64,000 nucleotides of DNA from Eledone cirrhosa (Eukaryota): NCBI GenBank assembly GCA_964016885.1, contig OZ024754.1, positions 19,654,001-19,718,000 on the forward strand. The letters are read 5' to 3'. Of this stretch, positions 58,501 through 64,000 are shown in pieces (position 1 is the stretch's first letter; each line of letters starts with the position of its first letter). Both the position numbers and the translations under genes were made by a program. Under the pieces are notes generated by a model. It ran no database searches, was not told where the DNA came from, and saw only the letters and a program-made list of their open reading frames with translations.

Positions 58501-61007
58501 AAGTCACTTGCCAGACATGTACAAGTGTAGCAAAAATGACTCTTCAATGATATAGTTACTTTAGTTTCAACACAGTCACAGATCAAGTCACTTGCCAGAC
58601 ATGTACAACTGTGACTAAAATGATTCTTCCATGATATAGTTATTTTAGTTTCAAAACAATCTCAGATAAAGTCACTTGCCAGACATGTACAACTGTGGCT
58701 AAAATGACTCTTCCATGATTTAGTTACTTTAGTTTCAACACAGTCTCAGATCAAGTCACTTACCAGACATGTTCAACTGCGGCTAATATGACTCTTCCAT
58801 GATATAGTTACTTTAGTTTGGACACAGTCTCAGATCAAGTCACTTGCCAGACATGTACAACTGTGGCTAAAATAACTCTTCCATGATATAGTTACTTTAT
58901 TTTCAACACAATCTCAGATCAAGTCACTTGCCAGACATCTACAACTGGGGCTAAAATGACTCTTCCATGATACAGTTACTTTAGTTTGAACACAATCTTA
59001 GATCAAGTCACTGACCAGACATGTACAACTGTGGCTAAAATGACTCTTCCATGATATAGTTACTTTAGTTTCAACACATTCACAGATCAAGTCACTTGCC
59101 AGACATGTACAACTGTGGCTAAAATGACTATCCATGATATAGTTACTTTAGTTTCAACACAGTCACACATCAAGACACTTACCAGACATGTAAAACTGTA
59201 GCTAACATGACTCTTGCATGATATAGTTACTTTAGTTTCAACACAGTCTCAGATCAAGTCACTTGTCAGACATGTACAACTGTGGCTAAAATGACTCTTC
59301 CATGATATAGTTACTTTAGTTTCAACACAAACTCAGATCAAGTCACTTGTCAGACATCTACAACTGTGGCTAAAATGACTCTACCATGATATAGTTACTT
59401 TAGTTTCAACACAGTCACAGATCAAGTCACTTGCCAGACATGTAGAAGTGTAGCAAAAATGACTCTGCAATGATATAGTTACTTTAGTTTCAACACAGTC
59501 ACAGATCAAGTCACTAGCCAGACATGTACAACTGTGACTAAAATGATTCTTCCATGATATAGTTACTTTAGTTTCAAAACAATCTCAGATAAAGTCACTT
59601 GCCAGATATGTACAACTGTGGCTAAAATGACTCTTCCATGATATAGTTACATTAGTTTCAACACAATCTCAGATCAAGTCACTTGCCAGACATCTACAAC
59701 TGGGGCTAAAATGACTCTTCCATGATACAGTTACTTTAGTTTGAACACAATCTTAGATCAAGTCACTGACCAGACATGTACAACTGTGGCTAAAATGACT
59801 GTTCCATGATATAGTTACTTTAGTTTCAACACAGTCTCAGATCAAGTCACTTGCCAGACATGTACAACATTTGCTAAAATGACTCTTCCATGATATAGTT
59901 ACTTCAGATTCAACACAGTCTCAGATCAAGTCACTTGCCAGACATGTACAACTGTGGCTAAAATAACTCTTCCATGATATAGTTACTTTAGTTTCAACAT
60001 AGTCTCAGATCAAGTCACTTGTCAGACATGTACAACTGTGGCTAAAATGACTCTTCCATGATATAGTTACTTTAGTTTGAAAACAGTCTTAGATCAAGTC
60101 ACTTGCCAGACATGTACAACTGTGGCTAAAATGACTCTTCCATGATATAGTTACTTTAGTTTCAACACAATCTCAGATCAAGTCACTTGCCAGGCATCTA
60201 CAACTGTGGCTAAAATGTCTCTACCATGATATAGTTACTTCAGATTCAACACAGTCTCAGATCAAGTCACTTGCCAGACATGTACAACTGTGGCTAAAAT
60301 CACAAGCCATGATATAGTTACTTTAGTTTCAACACAGTCACAGATCTAGACACTTACCAGACATGTAAAACTGTAGCTAGCATGACTCTTCCATGATATA
60401 GTTACTTTAGTTTCAACACAGTCTCAGATCAAGTGATTTTCCAGACATGTACAACTGTGGCTAAAATGACTCTTCCATGATATAGTTACTTTAGTTTCAA
60501 CACAACCTCAGATCAAGTCACTTGTCAGACATCTACAACTGTGGCTAAAATGACTCTACCATGATATAGTTACTTTAGTTTCAACACAGTCACAGATCAA
60601 GTCACTTGCCAGACATGTACAAGTGTAGCAAAAATGACTCTTCAATGATATAGTTACTTTAGTTTCAACACAGTCACAGATCAAGTCACTTGCCAGACAT
60701 GTACAACTGTGACTAAAATGATTCTTCCATGATATAGTTACTTTAGTTTCAAAACAATCTCAGATAAAGTCACTTGCCAGACATGTACAACTGTGGCTAA
60801 AATGACTCTTCCATGATATAGTTACTTTAGTTTCAACACAGTCTCAGATCAAGTCACTTACCAGACATGTTCAACTGCGGCTAATATGACTCTTCCATGA
60901 TATAGTTACTTTAGTTTGGACACAGTCTCAGATCAAGTCACTTGCCAGACATGTACAACTGTGGCTAAAATAACTCTTCCATGATATAGTTACTTTAGTT
61001 TCAACAC
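55510..61007. repeat. Local 25-monomer higher-order repeat, ~2.6 copies (2098 bp)
   Basis: CAACTGCGG at 56676, 58774 and 60872, i.e. two consecutive intervals of 2098 = 25x84 - 2. Confidence 0.9.
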
Positions 61008-64000
61008 AGTCTCAGATCAAGTCACTTGCCAGGCATCTACAACTGTGGCTAAAATGACTCTACCATGATATAGTTACTTTTGTTTCAACACGTTCACAGA
61101 TCAAGTCACTTGCCAGACATGTACAACTGTGGCTAAAATGACTCTTCCATGATATAGTTAATTTAGTTTCAACACAGTCATTAATCAAGTCAATTACCAT
61201 GGATGTACAACTGTGGCTAAAATGACTCTTCCATGATATAGTTACTTTAGTTTCAACACAACCTCAGATCAAGTCACTTGTCAGACATCTACAACTGTGG
61301 CTAAAATGACTCTACCATGATATAGTTACTTTAGTTTCAACACAGTCACAGATCAAGTCACTTGCCAGACATGTACAAGTGTAGCAAACATGTCTCTTCA
61401 ATGATATAGTTACTTTAGTTTCAACACAGTCACAGATCAAGTCACTTGCCAGATATGTACAACTGTGACTAAAATGATTCTTCCATGATATAGTTACTTT
61501 AGTTTCAAAACAATCTCAGATAAAGTCACTTGCGAGACATGTACAACTGTGGCTAAAATGACTCTTCCATGATATAGTTACTTTAGTTTCAACACAGTCT
61601 CAGATCAAGTCACTTGCCAGACATGTACAACTGTGGCTAAAATAACCCTTCCATGATATAGTTACTTTAGTTTCAACACAGTCTCAGATCAAGTCACTTG
61701 CCAGGCATCTACAACTGTGGCTAAAATGACTCTACCATGATATAGTTACTTTTGTTTCAACACGTTCACAGATCAAGTCACTTGCCAGACATGTACAACT
61801 GTGGCTAAAATGACTCTTCCATGATATAGTTAATTTAGTTTCAACACAGTCAAAAATCAAGTCAATTACCATGGATGTACAACTGTGGCTAAAATGACTC
61901 TTCCATGATATAGTTACTTTAGTTTCAACACAGTCTCAGATCAAGTCACTTACCAGACATGTACAACTGTGGCTAAAATGACTCTTCCATGATATAGTTA
62001 CTTTAGTTTGAACACAGTCTTAGATCAAGTCACTTGCCAGACATGTACAACTGTGGCTAAAATAACTCTTCCATGATATAGTTACTTTAGTTTCAACACA
62101 GTCTCAGATCAAGTCACTTGCCAGACATGTACAACTGTGGCTAAAATAACTCTTCCATGATATAGTTACTTTAGTTTCAACACGTTCACAGATCAAGTCA
62201 CTTGCCAGACATATATAACTGTGGCTAAAATGACTATCCATGATATAGTTACTTTAGTTTCAACACAGTCACAGATCAAGTCACTTACCAGACATGTAAA
62301 ACTGTAGCTAACATGACTCTTCCATGATATAGTTACTTTAGTTTCAACACAGTCTCAGATCAAGTGACTTTCTAGACATGTACAACTGTGGCTAAAATGA
62401 CTCTTCCATGATATAGTTACTTTAGTTTCAACACAAACTCAGATCAAGTCACTTGTCAGACATCTACAACTGTGGCTAAAATGACTCTACCATGATATAG
62501 TTACTTTAGTTTCAACACAGTCACAGATCAAGTCACTTGCCAGACATGTAGAAGTGTAGCAAAAATGACTCTTCAATGATATAGTTACTTTAGTTTCAAA
62601 ACAATCTCAGATAAAGTCACTTGCCAGATATGTACAACTGTGGCTAAAATGACTCTTCCATGATATAGTTACTTTAGTTTCAACACAGTCTCAGATCAAG
62701 TCACTTGCCAGACATGTTCAACTGTGGCTAATATGAATCATCCATGATATAGTTACTTTAGTTTGGACACAGTCTCAGATCAAGTCTCTTGCCAGACATG
62801 TACAACTGTGACTAACCTGACTCTTCCATGATATAGTTACTTTAGTTTGTACACAGTCTTAGATCAAGTCACTTACCAGACATGTACAACTGAGGCTAAA
62901 ATGACTCTTCCATGATATAGTTACTTTAGTTTCACCACAGTCACAGATCAAGTCACTTGCCAGACATGTACAACTGTGGATAAAATGACTCTTCCATGAT
63001 ATAGTTACTTTAGTTTCAACACAGTCACAGATCAAGTCACTTACCAGACATGTACAACTGTAGCTAAAATGACTCTTCCATGATATAGTTACTTTAGTTT
63101 CAACACAGTCTCAGATCAAGTGACTTGCCAGACATGTACATCTCTGGTTAAAATGAATCTTCCATGATATAGTTACTTTAGTTTCACCACAGTCACAGGT
63201 CAAGTCACTTGCATACATGTACAACTGTGGCTAAAATGACTCTTCTATGATATAGTTACTTTAGTTTCACCACAGTCACAGATCAAGTGACTTGCCAGAC
63301 ATGTACAACTGTGGCTAAAATGACTCTTCCATGATATAGTTACTTTAGTTTCAACACAGTCTCAGATCAAGTCACTTGCCAGACATGTACAACTGTAGCT
63401 AAAATTAATCTTCCATGATATAGTACTTTAGTTACAACACAGTCTCAGATCAAGTCACTTGCCAGACATGTACAACTGTGGCTAAAATAACTCTTCCATG
63501 ATATAGTTACTTTAGTTTCAACACAGTCTCAGATCAAGTCACTTGCCAGGCATCTACAACTGTGGCTAAAATGACTCTACCATGATATAGTTACTTTTGT
63601 TTCAACACGTTCACAGATCAAGTCACTTGCCAGACATGTACAACTGTGGCTAAAATGACTCTTCCATGATATAGTTAATTTAGTTTCAACACAGTCATTA
63701 ATCAAGTCAATTACCATGGATGTACAACTGTGGCTAAAATGACTCTTCCATGATATAGTTACTTTAGTTTCAACACAACCTCAGATCAAGTCACTTGTCA
63801 GACATCTACAACTGTGGCTAAAATGACTCTACCATGATATAGTTACTATAGTTTCAACACAGTCACAGATCAAGTCACTTGCCAGACATGTACAAGTGTA
63901 GCAAACATGTCTCTTCAATGATATAGTTACTTTAGTTTCAACACAGTCACAGATCAAGTCACTTGCCAGATATGTACAACTGTGACTAAAATGATTCTTC
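60930..64000. repeat. Duplicate blocks at 30-monomer spacing (2517 bp), truncated by the window end
   Basis: The rare TTAATCAAGTCAATTACC occurs at 61181 and 63698, and GCAAACATGTCTC follows both. Confidence 0.85.

Larger units (their letters stand above)
1..64000. repeat. 84-bp tandem satellite array (~760 monomers, single orientation, runs off both window ends)
   Basis: TCAACACAG starts at 1, 85 and 169, giving a period of 84. The same monomer continues to position 64000 with only substitutions and occasional 1-bp indels (83/85-bp monomers). No non-repeat interruption or strand switch was seen. Confidence 0.99.

Noticed and set aside
1-64000. CRISPR array
   Set aside because: There are no unique spacers. 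The whole 84 bp is repeated, variable parts differ by only a few bases, and no cas genes are present.
1-64000. Intact giant repeat-protein or zinc-finger gene (PRDM9-like), or a diversifying cassette library
   Set aside because: All six frames of the consensus contain a stop in the standard code. His ligands are absent, frameshifting deletions are frequent and propagated, and no recombinase, reverse transcriptase or expression locus lies in the window.
1-64000. Tandem tRNA, 5S or snRNA gene array (84 bp is tRNA-sized)
   Set aside because: I could not find cloverleaf stems or convincing A/B boxes, there are no spacers between units, and I recognise no RNA family.
1-64000. Selenoprotein with repeated UGA/UGU exchange (minus frame I*DC versus ICDC)
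   Set aside because: The same codon is also often TAA or AAA, frameshifts interrupt the frame, and no SECIS-bearing unique region is present.
1-64000. Transposon insertion, inversion or assignment to a named satellite family
   Set aside because: No foreign sequence or orientation switch was seen. I do not recognise the monomer, so a Dfam/Repbase/nt search would be needed to name it.

Overview
The whole 64 kb window is one uninterrupted, head-to-tail tandem array (satellite DNA) of an 84-bp monomer, about 760 copies, ~38% GC, all in one orientation. The consensus is TCAACACAGTCTCAGATCAAGTCACTTGCCAGACATGTACAACTGTGGCTAAAATGACTCTTCCATGATATAGTTACTTTAGTT. I see no unique sequence, transposon, RNA gene, CRISPR spacer or credible protein-coding gene. 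The three 86-aa ORFs are runs of about three monomers that happen to lack the usual stop. The informative structure lies in the variants. Monomers usually differ from the consensus at a few positions, and 1-bp deletions recur. Tracking these variants shows a mosaic of near-identical duplications whose periods are whole numbers of monomers (1, 2, 9, 10, 13, 15, 20, 22, 25, 26, 29, 30, 35/36, 40, 59), some nested, within roughly five sub-family domains. There is no single fixed higher-order repeat. The most intriguing but unproven signal is that the 84-bp (28-codon) unit, read in one + frame, has CxxC and near-cognate Leu/His/His-Thr-Gly/Pro codons in C2H2 zinc-finger register, suggesting a satellite derived from a decayed zinc-finger array. 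Organism and function (e.g. centromeric) cannot be determined from this window. Offsets were counted by hand and boundaries are approximate.
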